This document shows, piece by piece, positions 52,016 to 64,000 of a stretch of 64,000 bases of DNA. The position numbers were made by a program, and so were the translations under genes. The notes under the pieces were generated by a model. It did no database searches. It saw only the letters and a program-made list of their open reading frames with translations, and had not been told where the DNA came from. Location: positions 868,001-932,000 of the forward strand of contig CM075988.1 in NCBI GenBank assembly GCA_038087875.1, written 5' to 3'. The stretch comes from Malacoraja senta. Taxonomy: Eukaryota. Numbering within the stretch: position 1 is the first letter of the stretch; each line of letters begins with the position of its first letter.

Positions 52016-52245
52016 AATATTAAATCAAGGGTCTGTTAATTGAAGACTTTATGTTTGTAGATGGCTTCCTAGGGACTACTTGGGTCTTTGCTGATTTGGT
52101 TGGAGGACATCAACAATGGTATTGCACTTGTGCTGGGCAGGAGATGGTCAGAGTAGTGTTTGTGGTACCTGCTATTCTATGAATACATAGCTCCTTCTCT
52201 GCAGTTATCATTGTCTTTTTGATGACATTTTGTCCTAATTTTCAG

Positions 52246-52433
52246 GTAAATCTCGAGGTATCGCTGGTGTCTGGAAAGTTTTACTTCATCCCATTCATGC
52301 AGGAGGTCCATTTCGTGTCACGGCAGAACAGAGGATTGCAGCGGCTGTGGACATAATTACTTTAGAAGATGTGTATTTTGGAGACGTGTGGCTGTGTGGC
52401 GGACAAAGTAATATGGAAATGACAGTGCTACAG
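52246..52433 (+). CDS. SIAE: Sialate O-acetylesterase coding exon 3 (catalytic Ser motif)
   Basis: TTTTCAG| acceptor (phase 1) and CAG|GTAACT donor; encodes GKSRGIAGVWKVLLHPIHAGGPFRVTAEQ..LEDVYFGDVWLCGGQSNMEMTVLQ, the SIAE/SASA-family GDVWLCxGQSNM signature. Confidence 0.96.
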
Positions 52434-53109
52434 GTAACTTTCCTTTTGTGAATTCCGTATGCTGTTTTCAGGAAAATGAGGGAGAATGCAGCATCAAGCT
52501 AAGAGTTTTAGGGGTGGAGTATTTCCACAATCCATAGAGAACATTGCATGATCTTGACCACTGTGAAGACGTTAAAGATCTTGTTGATTGAGGGTCCCAA
52601 AATATTCTCAATGCTGAGCATGTTTTTGCTGTCGGTCAGACACCCACCTGTGGGGGTTACAATAGGTGTGATTAGGAAACTAACTTTATGGTAGCATTAC
52701 GCTGACTCAGCCTGAAGTCTGGCTCTTTGTATCTGGTCAAGCCCAAATTACTATCATTGTGGAATTCTGAAATAAAACAGAAAATGCTGTACCATTCACT
52801 GACTGAAGGCATGTCAAATATACCAGAAACAAGAACTGTGGGTGCTAGAATCTGGAGCAACAAACAATCTGCTGCAGAAACTCTGCAGGTCGAGCGGCAT
52901 CTGGGTGGAACCTTAACCCAAGCTAGTGTGAGGTGTTGAGGGAAATTGGGAGGATGAATGGAAGGGGAAAGTTTACAGTTAATAGCAAGACCCTTAACAG
53001 CATTGATGTGCAGAGGGAAATTGGAGTCCAGGTTCATAGATCACTGAAGGTGGCACTACATGGATAGGGTGGAAAAGAAGGTGTAATGATATGCTTGCCT
53101 TCATTGCTA

Positions 53110-54072
53110 AAGGGCCTGTCCCACTTGGGCGACCTGAGCTGCGAGTTTAGACGAGTTTGCCCTGGACTCAAACTCGCAGTATGGTCGACACGAGGTCCTA
53201 GGAGGTCGTATGAGGTGGCTGGAACTTTCCATCATGCTCGAGGGAGGTTCCCACCTACTCGCGGCCTCAGCTAGGTCGCGGAAAAATTTTCAGGATGTTG
53301 AAACATTTTCCGCAAGTAAAATTTGGTTGGCATGGGTCTTTTTAATTCGTGGTAGACTGGGGTCGCTATATAGTTACAGGCAGTCGAGGGCTGCCGTAGG
53401 CAATCTCCTTCGCTGAGCGGCCATTTTGATTGGCTCATTGGAGTTTCACGATCTAGGAAGACCTACCGGTAGGTAAAATGCCTGCTAAACTTTATTAAAC
53501 TTCTTAAAAGTCTCTCTCCCCCCCTTCTCTCTCTCCCCCCTTCTCTCTCTCCCCCCCTTCTCTCTCTCCCCCCCCCCCTTCGCTCTCTCCCCCCCCCTTT
53601 GCTCTCTCCCCCCCCCTTCGCTCTCTCCCACCCTTCTCTCTCTCCCCCCCTTCTCTCTCTCCCCCCTCTCTCTCTCCCTCCCTTCTCTCTCTCCCTCCCT
53701 TCTCTCTCTCCCCCCCCTTCTCCCCCCCCCTTCTCTCACCCCCATTCTCTCCCCCCTTCTCTCCCCCCTTCTCTCCCCCCCTTCTCTCCCCCCCTTCTCT
53801 TCCCCCCCCTTCTCTTCCCCTCCTCTTTCCCCCCCCTTCTCTTCCCCCCCCCCTTCTCTTCCCCCCCCCTTCTCTTCCCCCCCCTTCTCTCTGCCCCCCC
53901 TTCTCTCCCCTCCCTTCCTCTCCCCCCCTTCTCTCTCCCCCCCCTCTCCCCCGTTTACCTTCCTCTTCATCGCTCCTCCGCTTTCCCTGGCTACCACCTT
54001 TGTGTGTGTGTGTGTGTTCGGTCGGTCGATGCAGCTCGCGGTTCGGTCGTTCCAGCACGCGGTGGAATTCAT
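53110..54072. mobile_element. Non-coding insertion splitting a CR1 fragment; possibly a Harbinger-like MITE with one end only
   Basis: Starts after TA(A) with AGGGCCTGTCCCACTT and contains a CT-rich tract; no matching right TIR seen. Confidence 0.4.
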
Positions 54073-54647
54073 GATGTAATTCTATAAGACTTTGGTTAGG
54101 CCTATTTGGAATATTGCATACAGTTCTGGTTGCCCCATTTACAGGCTTTGGAGAAGGTGTGAAGGAGGTTTACCAGAATGCTGCCTGGATTCGAGGGTAT
54201 TAGCTGTAAGGAGAGATGGAAAGACTCTGTAAATGGGGCCATTTCTCAGCAAAAGCATGTCCAGTCAAGTCGAGCTTATTGTCATGTGCAAGTTCAGAAA
54301 AGTAAAGGTAGAATGAAAGTTACAGCAGCATCAGGCACATAGATGCAGACAACACACAAACATTTAAATTACATATATTACAAGACTGTAAAAGGGAACA
54401 AATGTGTAAAAACAAGGGATCTAGGAGTGCAGGTACATAGTTCCTTGAAAGTTGTGTCACAGGTGGATAGGGTGGTGAAAAAGGTGTCGTCAGTCAGCAT
54501 TTTGAGTATAAGTTAGGAGGTCATATGGCAGTTATATAAGATGTTAGTAAGGCCACATTTAGCGTATTGAGTTCAGTTTTGATCACCATGCTATAGGATA
54601 GATGTTGACAAGTTGGAATGGGTACAAAGAAGATTTACAAGAATGTT

Positions 54648-56252
54648 TAAGAAGGAACTGCAGATGCTGGAAAATCGAAGGTAGACAAAACTGCTGGAGA
54701 AACTCAGTGGGTGAGGCAGCATCTATGGAGCGAAGGAAATAGGCAACTTTTCCGGGCAACTCTTCTTCAGACTGATGTGAGGGTGGGGGGGTAGGGGCGG
54801 GAAGAAGAAAGGAAGAGGAGGAGCCAGTGTGCTGAGGGAGAGCTGAGAAGGCGAGGAGAAAGTAGGGACTATCTGAAATTAGAGAAGTCAATGTTCATAC
54901 CGCTGGGGTGCAGACCGCCCAAGCGAAATATGAGGTGCTGCTCCTCCAATTTACGGTGGTCCTCACTCTGGCCATGGAGGAGGCCCAGGACAGAAAGGTT
55001 GGATTCAGAATGGGAGGGGAGTTGAAGTGCTGAGCCACCGGGAGATCAGGTTGGTTATTGCGAACCGAGCGGAGGTGTTTGGCGAAGCGATCGCCAAGCC
55101 TGCGCTTGGTCTCACCGATGTGGAAGAGCTGACACCTAGACCAACGGATGCAATAGATGAGGTTGGAGGACGTGCAGGTGAACCTCTGCCGCACCTGGAA
55201 AGACTGCTTGGGTCCTTGGATGGAGTCAAAGGGGAGGTAAAGCGACAAGTAGCATTTCCTGCGGTTGCAAGGGAAAGTGCCAGGAGAGGGTGTGGTTTGG
55301 GTGGGAAGGGATGAATTGACCAGGGAGCTACGGAGGAAGGCTGAAAGGGGAGGAGATGGGAAGATGTGGCCAGTGGTGGGATCCCGTTGGAGGTGGCGAA
55401 AATGTCGGAGGATTATTTGTTGGATGTGACGGCTGGTAGGGTGGAAGGTGAGGACAAGGGGGACTCTGCCCTTGTGGGGGGATGGGGAGTGAGAGCAGAG
55501 TCACGGGGTATAGAAGAGACCCTGGTGAGAGCCTCATCTATAGTAGAAGAGGGGAACCCCCGTTCCCTGAAGAATGAGGACATCTCCGATGCCCTGGTGT
55601 GGAACACCTCATCCTGGGTGCAGATGCGGTGTAGACGGAGGAATTGGGAGTAGGGGATGGAGTCCTTACAGGAAGCGGGGTGGGAAGAAGAGTAGTCAAG
55701 ATAGCCATGGGAGTCAGTGGGTTTATAGTGGATGTCGGTCAGAAGTCTATCACCTGCGCTGGAGATAGTGAGGTCAAGAAATGGTAGGGAAGTGTCAGAA
55801 ATGGTCCAGGTGTATTTGAGTGCCGGATGGAAGTTAATGGTGAAATGGATGAAGTCAGTGAGTTGTGTGTGGGTGCAGGAGGTAGCAGCAATGCAGTCGT
55901 CGATGTAGCGGTAGAGTTCGGGGATAGGGACATGGTACGCCTCGAACAAGGATTGTTCGACATTCCCTACAAAGAGGCAGGCATAGCTAGGGCCCATGCG
56001 CGTGCCCATAGCTACGCTTTGTATTTGGAGGAAATGGGAGGAGTCAAACGAAAAGTTATTAAGGGTAAGGACCAACTCCGCTAGGCGGAGGAGATTTGGA
56101 GGAAATAGGAGGTCAAACGAAAAGTTATTAAGGGTAAGGACCAGCTCTGCTAGGCGGAGGAGTATTAAGGGTAAGGACTAGCTCCGCTAGGCGGAGGAGT
56201 ATTAACGGTAAGGACTAGCTCCGCTGAGCGGAGGAGTATTAAGAAGTATTAT
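54648..56252 (-). mobile_element. Penelope-like element (Neptune type) inserted in a CR1 3' fragment
   Basis: RT AMGTRMGPSYACLF..YIDD; linker GTFPCNRRKC (Cys motif); GIY-YIG; flanking duplication AAGAATGTT. Confidence 0.92.
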
Positions 56253-56498
56253 AAGAATGTTACCAGGACTTGAGGCCCTGAGCTTTAAGAAGAGGTTGAG
56301 CAGGCTAGGACTTCATGCCTTCAAGAGCAGGAGGATGAGGGGCAATCTTATAGGTGTCCAAAATCATGAGAGGACTAGATTGGGTAAATGCAATCAAGAA
56401 CCAAAGAAATCAAGAACCAGAGGACATATATTTAAGGTGAGAGGGAAAAGATTTAACAGGAAACTGAGGGGTAATTTTTACACAAAGGGTGCTGGTTG

Positions 56499-59400
56499 TG
56501 AGGAGGTCATAGAAAGGAGTTATAGGGAGGTGGCCACTCCAAGACCACGGGAGGCAGACAAGTGGGTCACGGTTAGGAAGGGAAAGGGGCAGAGGCAGGG
56601 AATAGTGAGTACCCCGGTGGCTGTACACCTTGAAAATAAGTACTCATGTTAGAGTACTGGTGGGGGGGACAGCCTTCCTGGGGGTAGCGACAGCGGCTGG
56701 GCCTCCGGCACAGAGACCGGCCCTGTTGCTCAGAAGGGTAGGGAAAAGAAGAGGAGGGCAATAGTAATAGGGGACTCTATGGTTAGGGGGTCGAATAGGC
56801 GATTCTGTGGACCCAGTCAGGAGACCCGGATGGTAGTTTGCCTCCCTGGTGCCAGGGTCAGGGATGTGTCTGAACGTGTCCAAGATATCCTGAAATCGGA
56901 GGGAGAGGAACCTGAGGTTGTGGTACATATAGGTACCAATGACATAGGCAGAAAAAGAGAAGAGGTCCTGAAAGGAGAATTTAGGGAGTTGGGAGAAGAG
57001 TTAAGGAGTAGGTCCGCAAAGGTAACAATCTCAGGATTACTCCCTGTGCCACGCGACAGTGAGAGTAGGAATGAAATGAGGTGGAGGATAAATGCGTGGC
57101 TGAGGAACTGGTGCAGCGGGCAGGGATTCAAATTTCTGGATCATTGGGACTTCTTTTGGGGAAGGTGTGACCTGTACAGAAAGGACGGGTTGCACTTGAA
57201 CCCGAGGGGAACCAATATCCTGGCGGGGAGATTTGCAAAGGCTACTGGGCAGACTTTAAACTAGAACGGTTGGGGGGAGGGACTCAAATAGAGAAAGATA
57301 GTAGAAACTGTGGGAGGCCGGAGGCAGAGAAGGGAAACACTCGGACCCAAAATGTGGGGGTGAAAGAAGAAAAAGTTAATAAACAGAGAATAAGTGGTGT
57401 TAAAGAAGGAACTGCAGATGCTGGAAAATCGAAGGTACACAAAAATGCTGGAGAAACTCAGCGGGTGCAGCAGCATCTATGGAGCGAAGGAAATAGGTAA
57501 TGTTTCGGGCCGAAACCCTTCTTCAGACTTATAGAGAATAAGTGGTGGTGGGTTTCTTAAATGTGTATATTTTAATGCTAGGAGCATTGTAAGAAAGGTG
57601 GATGAGCTTAGAGTCTGGATTGACACCTGGAAGTATGATGTTGTGGCGATCAGTGAAACATGGTTGCAGGAGGGCTGTGATTGGAAACTAAATATTCCAG
57701 GATTTCGTTGCTTCAGGGGTGATAGAATTGGAGGGGCAAGAGGTGGGGGTGTTGCATTGCTTGTCAAGGAAGATATTACAGCAGTGCTTTGGCAGGATAG
57801 ATTAGAGGGCTCGTCTAGGGAGGCTATTTGGGTGGAGCTGAGAAATGGGAAAGGTGTAGCAACACTTATAGGGGTGTATTATAGACCGCCAAATGGGGAG
57901 CGAGAATTGGAAGAGCAAATATGTAAGGAGATAGCAGATATTAGTAGTAAGCACAAGGTAGTGATTGTGGGAGATTTCAATTTTCCACACATAGACTGGG
58001 AAACACATTCTGTAAAAGGGCTCGATGGTTTGGAGTTTGTAAAATGTGTGCAGGATAGTTTTTTGCAGCAATACATAGAGGTACCTACTGGAGAAGGGGC
58101 AGTGCTGGACCTCCTGTTAGGAAATGAGACGGGGCAGGTGGCGGAGGTAAGCGTCGGGGAGCACTTCGGGTCCAGTGATCACAATACCATTAGTTTCAAT
58201 ATAATTATGGAGAGGGTCAGAACTGGACCTAGGGTTGAGATTTTTGATTGGACAAAGGCTAACTTTGAGGAGATGCGAAAGGATTTAAAAGGAGTGAATT
58301 GGGATATGTTGTTTTATGGGAAGGATGTAGAAGAGAAATGGAGGACATTTAAAGGTGAAATGTTAAGAGTACAGAATCTTTATGTCCCTGTTCGGTTGAA
58401 AGGAAATAGTAAAAATTGGAAAGAGCCGTGGTTTTCAAGGGAAATTGGACGGTTCGGAAAAAGAGAGAGATCTACAATAATTATAGGCAGCATGGAGTAA
58501 ATTAGGTGCTTGAGGAGTATAAAGAATGTAAAAAGAATATTAAGAAAGAAATTGGAAAAGCTAAAAGAAGATGTGAGGTTGCTTTGGCAAGTAAGGTGAA
58601 AGTAAATCCAAAGGGTTTCTACAGCTATATTAATAGCAAAAGGATAACAAGGAATAAAATTGGTCCATTAGAGAGTCAGAGTGGACAGCTATCTGCAGAG
58701 CCAAAAGAGATGGGGGAGATATTGAACAATTTATTTTCTTCGGTATTCACCAAGGAGAAGGATATGGAATTAGGTGAGGTAAGGGAAACAAGCAGAGTAG
58801 CAATGGAAGCTATGAGATTCAAAGAAGAGGAGGTGCGGACAATTTTGAAAAATATGAAAACGGATAAGTCTCCAGGTCCTGACAGGATATTCCCGAGGAC
58901 ATTGAGGGAAGTTAGTGTAGAAATAGCAGGGGCTATGACAGAAATATTTCAAATGTGATTAGAAACGGGAATAGTGCCGGAGGATTGGCGTACTGTTCCG
59001 TTGTTTAAAAAGGGTTCTAAGAGTAAACCTAGCAATTATAGACCTGTTAGTTTGACGTCAGTGTTGGGCAAATTAATGGAAAGGATACTTAAAGATAATA
59101 TATATAAGCATCTGGATAAGCAGGGTCTGATTAGGAACAGTCAACATGGATTTGTGCGTGCAAGGTCATGTTTGACTAATCTTCTAGAATTTTTCGAAGA
59201 GGTTACTAGGGAAATTGATGAGGGTAAAGCAGTGGATGTTGTCTATATGGACTTCAGTAAGGCCTTTGACAAGGTTCCTCATGGAAGGTTGGTTAAGAAG
59301 ATTAAATTGTTGGGTATTAATGGTGGAGTAGCAAGATGGATTCAACAGTGGCTGAATGGGAGATGCCAGAGAGTAATGGTGGATGGCTGTTTGTCAGGTT

Positions 59401-60470
59401 GGAGGCCGGTGACTAGTGGGGTGCCTCAGGGGTCTGTGTTGGGTCCACTGTTGTTTGTCATGTACATCAATGATCTGGATGATGGTGTGGAAAATTGGAT
59501 TAGTAAGTATGCAGATGATACTAAGATAGGTGGTGTGGTGGATAATGAAGTAGATTTTCAAAGTCTACAGAGAGATTTAGGCCATTTGGAAGAGTGGGCT
59601 GAAAGATGGCAGATGGAGTTTAATGCTGATAAATGTGAGGTACTACATCTCGGCAGGACAAATCAAAATAGGACGTAGATGGTAAACGGTAGAGAATTGA
59701 GGAATGCAGTTGAACAGAGGGATCTAGGAATAACTGTGCATAGTTCCCTGAAGGTGGAATCTCATGTAGATAGGGTGGTAAAGAAAGCTTTTGGGGTGCT
59801 GGCCTTTATAAATCAGAGCATTGAATATAGAAGTTGGGATGTAATGTTAAAATTGTACAAGGCATTGGTGAGGCCAATTCTGGAGTATGGAGTACAATTT
59901 TGGTCGCCTAATTATAGGAAGGATGTCAACAAAATAGAGAGAGTACAGAGGAGATTTACTAGAATGTTGCCTGGGTTTCAGCAACTAAGTTACAGAGAAA
60001 GGTTGAACAAGTTAGGTCTTTATTCTTTGGAGCGCAGAAGGTTAAGAGGGGACTTGATAGAGGTCTTTAAAATTATGAGCGGGTTAGACAGAGTTGACGT
60101 GGATAAGCTTTTTCCATTGAGAGTAGGGAAGATTCAAACAAGGGGACATGACTTGAGAATTAAGGGACAGAAGTTTAGGGGTAACATTAGGGGGAACTTC
60201 TTTACTCAGAGAGTGGTAGCTGTGTGGAATGGGCTTCCAGTGGAAGTGGTGGAGGCTGGTTCGATTTTATCCTTTAAAAATAGATTGGATGGGTATATGG
60301 ACGGGAAAGGAATGGAGGGTTATGGTCTGAGTGCAGGTAGATGGGACTAGGGGGAAGTATTTATTTAAAAAAAAAAAAAAAAATTTAAAAATGTTCGGCA
60401 CGGACTTGAAGGGCCGAGATGGCCTGTTTCCGTGCTGTAATGGTTATATGGTTATATGGTTATATGGTAT
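56499..60470 (+). mobile_element. Near full-length CR1 LINE (esterase ORF1 + ORF2) with few disablements
   Basis: IVIGDS, HIGTND and DGLHLN in ORF1; APE and RT ORFs at 57598-60350 ([25 protein letters not shown]); (TATATGGT)n tail. Confidence 0.96.
57400..57532 (-). mobile_element. 133-bp solo Penelope terminal fragment with a hammerhead-like core
   Basis: 15-bp TSD AGAGAATAAGTGGTG (57385-57399, 57533-57547); minus strand reads CTGAAGA-A-GGGT-TTCG-GCCC-GAAAC. Confidence 0.85.
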
Positions 60471-60939
60471 GGAACGAGTTGCCGGAGAAGGTATTATTGC
60501 AACGCTTAAGAAACATTTGGACAGATACATGGATTGGATAGGTTTAGAGGGAAATGGGCCAAACGCAGGCAGGTGGGACTAGTGTAGATGGGGCATGTTG
60601 GTCGGCATGGGCAAGTTGGGCTGAAGGGCCCGTTTCCACACTGTATGACTTGATGACTTTATAAACAGGACAAGTGCAAAACATAATTTTTTTTTAAACT
60701 CCACGGTAATGCAAAAGGCGAACTGTGGTATTCCGTTTCTGAGGTGGGAATACGGTTGTGTGGGTTGGGTCAAGAACCAGACAGTTGTTAGAATGTATTT
60801 GTTCCTGAACCTCCAGCAAATATCAGTGTGAAATTTATCACCACCCACCATGTTTTAGTCAATTTTGGAAAAGCCTATTTGCAAAAGAAGACCTAATTTC
60901 CGACAAAAACATATGGGAGGTTTGGAAGGTAGTACATAT

Positions 60940-63070
60940 AAATAAGGAAGTGCAGATGCCAGTTTACTAAAAAGAAGACACATAGTGCTGTAGTAACTCA
61001 GCAGGTTAGGCGGCATCTCTGGAGAAAATAGGTGTGTCTGACTCTTGTTCAGACTGATTGTAGTAGGAAGAGTGGGGGAAAAAACTGGAAGTGAAGAAAA
61101 AAATAAACCGTGGCCGGCAACAGATAACCTCGGGTAAGGAGGTTCCCTGATAAACTCCATCTCCCACCGAGAAAGATCTCAAGACTGCCCATTTCTACCT
61201 TGAACAAAATGCCAACTAAATTTCCTCTACGAACACTCTCCTCCAGCTGCAGAACCTGTGCTTGGCCTCAACAACTTCTCTTTTGACTACTTTTACTTTC
61301 TCCAAGTTACTTTCTCCAGGTCTAGTCATGGGCCCCAACTATGTCTGCCTTTTTGTTGGTTACGTCGAATGCTCCTTGTTCCAGGCGTACACTAGCTCTA
61401 TCCTCAAACTCTTTCTCCGCAATGTTGACATTTGCATCGTAACTACCTCCTGCACCTGTACAAAACTCATGTACTTTATTAACTTTACCACTAACCTCCA
61501 CCCTGCCCTCAAATTCACCTGGAGTATCTCTGACATCTCCCCTTTCACGAACTCTCTGTCTCTATCACAGGAGACAGACTATCGACTGACGTCTACTACA
61601 AATCTACTGACTGTCACAGTTATCGGGACTAAACTTTTTCCCACCCTGCCTTGTGCAAAGATGCTACCCCTTCTCTCAATTACTCTGTCGCTGCTGCATC
61701 TGCTCCCAAGCGGAGGTTTTCCATAAGAGATCTGAGATGTCTTCATTCTTTAGTGAATGTGGTTTCCCTCCTCCTGTCACAGATGGGTCGCTCACATGCA
61801 TCCTCTCTGTGTCCCGGGGTTTTTCTCTTGCCCCCTCTCCCTCTCGCCCCAGATGCACCAAGGACTGATTTTGTAAATACGCCCCTAGTCTAGTTCAGTA
61901 AAACACTGACTCAAGCACTCGACCAACTAATCTTTATTTTTAGAACGAACAGCCTTGTCTCTGCCCGGCCAAGCCCTTCAACCTCGTGCAAGCAGACACT
62001 GCCCAAAAGGTCACGCAGTCCCAAGCGCCCCTGCAGGAGATCAACACCGATCTAAAATGGGGCTACCTTTTATTGGTCCTTGAGGGGTCAAACTACATAG
62101 TTTCCCAAACAATCCAATCATACATATCAATTACACCAATACATTATTGACAGTTCCCCAACCCAATTACAGAGAATCTGAAACAATGTTTCTTACAGAA
62201 GCTTCTGGAAGGAAGCTAGTCAATTGAATAATGCAACATTTACCCTGGAAGACAAAACAATTCTGCCAGGGCTTAACACTTTGGCCAATCAACAAACAGC
62301 AGGGTAACTGTCTTGCAACATTATTTACATTATTTACAATTCCTTTGCAGCAATCCAATCAAACTCATGCATTTACAATACCTTGGAGTTCCCCTGCAAG
62401 ATTCTGATACATGCTAATAATTACAAAGATACTTAGACCTTCCTTATCTAAGGTTCTGATCTGGGACCTAGACTTCCCGGCACCAGCTAGCAGGTTTTGT
62501 CTTATACAGAAATACAGAAATGGCTAAAAGGCCTTGTGAATGCATGAATCTGCTTTATTTTGGCCAGGATTTACAATTTTCCCTGGTCCTCTTTCACCCA
62601 CCAGCCACCACATCCCACACATCATCCTCTGACATTTCCGTAACATGCAACGTGACCCCACCACTAATCACATCATCGCATCTTTATTCCTTTCCGCCTT
62701 CTGCAGAGACTGCTCCCTCTGCAACTCCTTGGTTCACTCATCGCTTCCCGCTTAAACCACCCCCTCTCCAGGTACCTTCCCCTGCAACCGCAGGAAATGT
62801 AACACCTGCCTTTATACCTCCTCTCTCACCTCCATCCAAGGACCCCAGCAGTCTTTGTAGGTGAGATAGACATTAACATGCACCTTCTCTATCCTTATCT
62901 GCTGTTCCTGATGTGGCCTCCTGCACATCGGTGAGACCAAGCATAGATTCGCAGACTATTTCACTGAACACTTGCGGCCGGTCCGCCAATGCCTACAGAA
63001 TCTCCCGGTTGCCAACCACCTTAACTCCCCTTCTGATTCCCATGCTGACCTTTCTATCCTGGCCTGCCAC
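60940..63070 (+). mobile_element. Old Penelope element with an inverted terminal fragment at its 5' end, split by a solo LTR
   Basis: MGPNYVCLFVGYVE RT motif at about 61330 and GIY-YIG remnant at about 62900; opposite-orientation terminus at 60940-61150. Confidence 0.8.
61872..62575 (-). mobile_element. Solo LTR (704 bp)
   Basis: TGTAAAT...ATTTACA termini with 4-bp TSD ATTT; Penelope sequence resumes on both sides; AATAAA on the minus strand suggests the orientation. Confidence 0.82.
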
Positions 63071-64000
63071 CCAGGTCTTTGATAAGTCCTACACTGTGGG
63101 ATGGTCCAGAAGGTTTGATCATGGGTGAGCTCGCCAATTGGATCCAAAATTGTCTTGATGGCAGGAGACAGGATGGTTTTGCAATTGGAGGCCTGTCACC
63201 CGTTGAGCGGTGATTATGGAGAATATAAAATCATGAAGTTTATAAAATCATGAGGTGCATAGATAAGGTGGATGGTCACAGTCTTTTCCCGAGGGTAGAT
63301 AAGTCTAAAACTAGCGCGTTTAAGTTTAAGCTGAGAGGGGAAAAATTTTAAAGGGACACGAGGCAATTTTTTCCACAAATGGTGGTGGATGTATGGAACG
63401 AATTGCCAGATGCCCATTGATCTGGAATGATAGCTGGGCTGACAGTAGTCCGCTGTAAGACACTGCCATCAAGGCCGTTGAGGTGGTCATTGATGAAGAG
63501 TGACTGAGTAAACTGGACATGTACTTTCCAGCATTTTGAATGGTGCAAGCATATTTCACTGAAACCTAGCAAATTACAAGACTTGTCAGGCTCGATGTGG
63601 AAGAATGTTGCCCCTGGCTGAATGGTCTCGGTGCAGTGACAGAGCCACAGGTTAGGGCTTTTAGGACAGTGATGGGAAATATTTCATGGCAGAATTCTCA
63701 GCCATTAAAATTATTCAAAATGCAGATCTGACGGTATGCAGGGTGTGGAGCACTAGAGAATTGTGTTCAGGATGAAGCTCGATCGTGATCTCGACAAAGG
63801 CTGAACAGTCTATGTTTATGCAGCGCTGATTTAGTTCACTAATATCCTTTCATGAAGGAAATAAGTTACCCATTTTCAAGTTTTAGACGACAATGTATTC
63901 ATGTGGTGAACCTTGTGTGTAGTTGGATTAGATACCCCACAGCGATTCTCCAACACCTCCTCGACAGATAGTTCCGTATTCTACTGTAACTGAATGAATT

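Overview
Eukaryotic, repeat-dominated vertebrate sequence, most likely a cartilaginous fish such as a skate or ray (inferred from HE1/V-SINE-type SINEs, abundant CR1 and Neptune-type Penelope elements), with one 200-N assembly gap at 8311-8510. The only host gene I can support is the 5' part of SIAE (sialate O-acetylesterase) on the + strand. It has a CpG-island promoter at about 24.1-25.2 kb and three phase-compatible coding exons (25023-25095, 38572-38736, 52246-52433); the third carries the GQSN catalytic-serine motif. The rest is nested mobile DNA: L1, CR1 (some with SGNH-esterase ORF1), L2, Rex-Babar-like LINEs, Penelope elements, SINEs, two solo LTRs, TIR DNA elements and non-autonomous Helitrons. 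Main observations: (1) Helitrons of different families are stacked head-to-tail, and each downstream copy lacks its initial TCTA while TCTA units pile up in front of the stack (3 units for a 3-element stack), suggesting Helitrons target the TCTA^T terminus of other Helitrons and generate a microsatellite that tallies insertions; (2) a Penelope 5' junction shows iterative re-copying that stops at a hairpin; (3) a 294-bp segment appears copied from a Penelope copy 8 kb away; (4) a TIR transposon family has 7-bp TSDs; (5) many short TSD-flanked Penelope terminal fragments carry hammerhead-like cores. Family assignments and most repeat boundaries were made by eye and are approximate.
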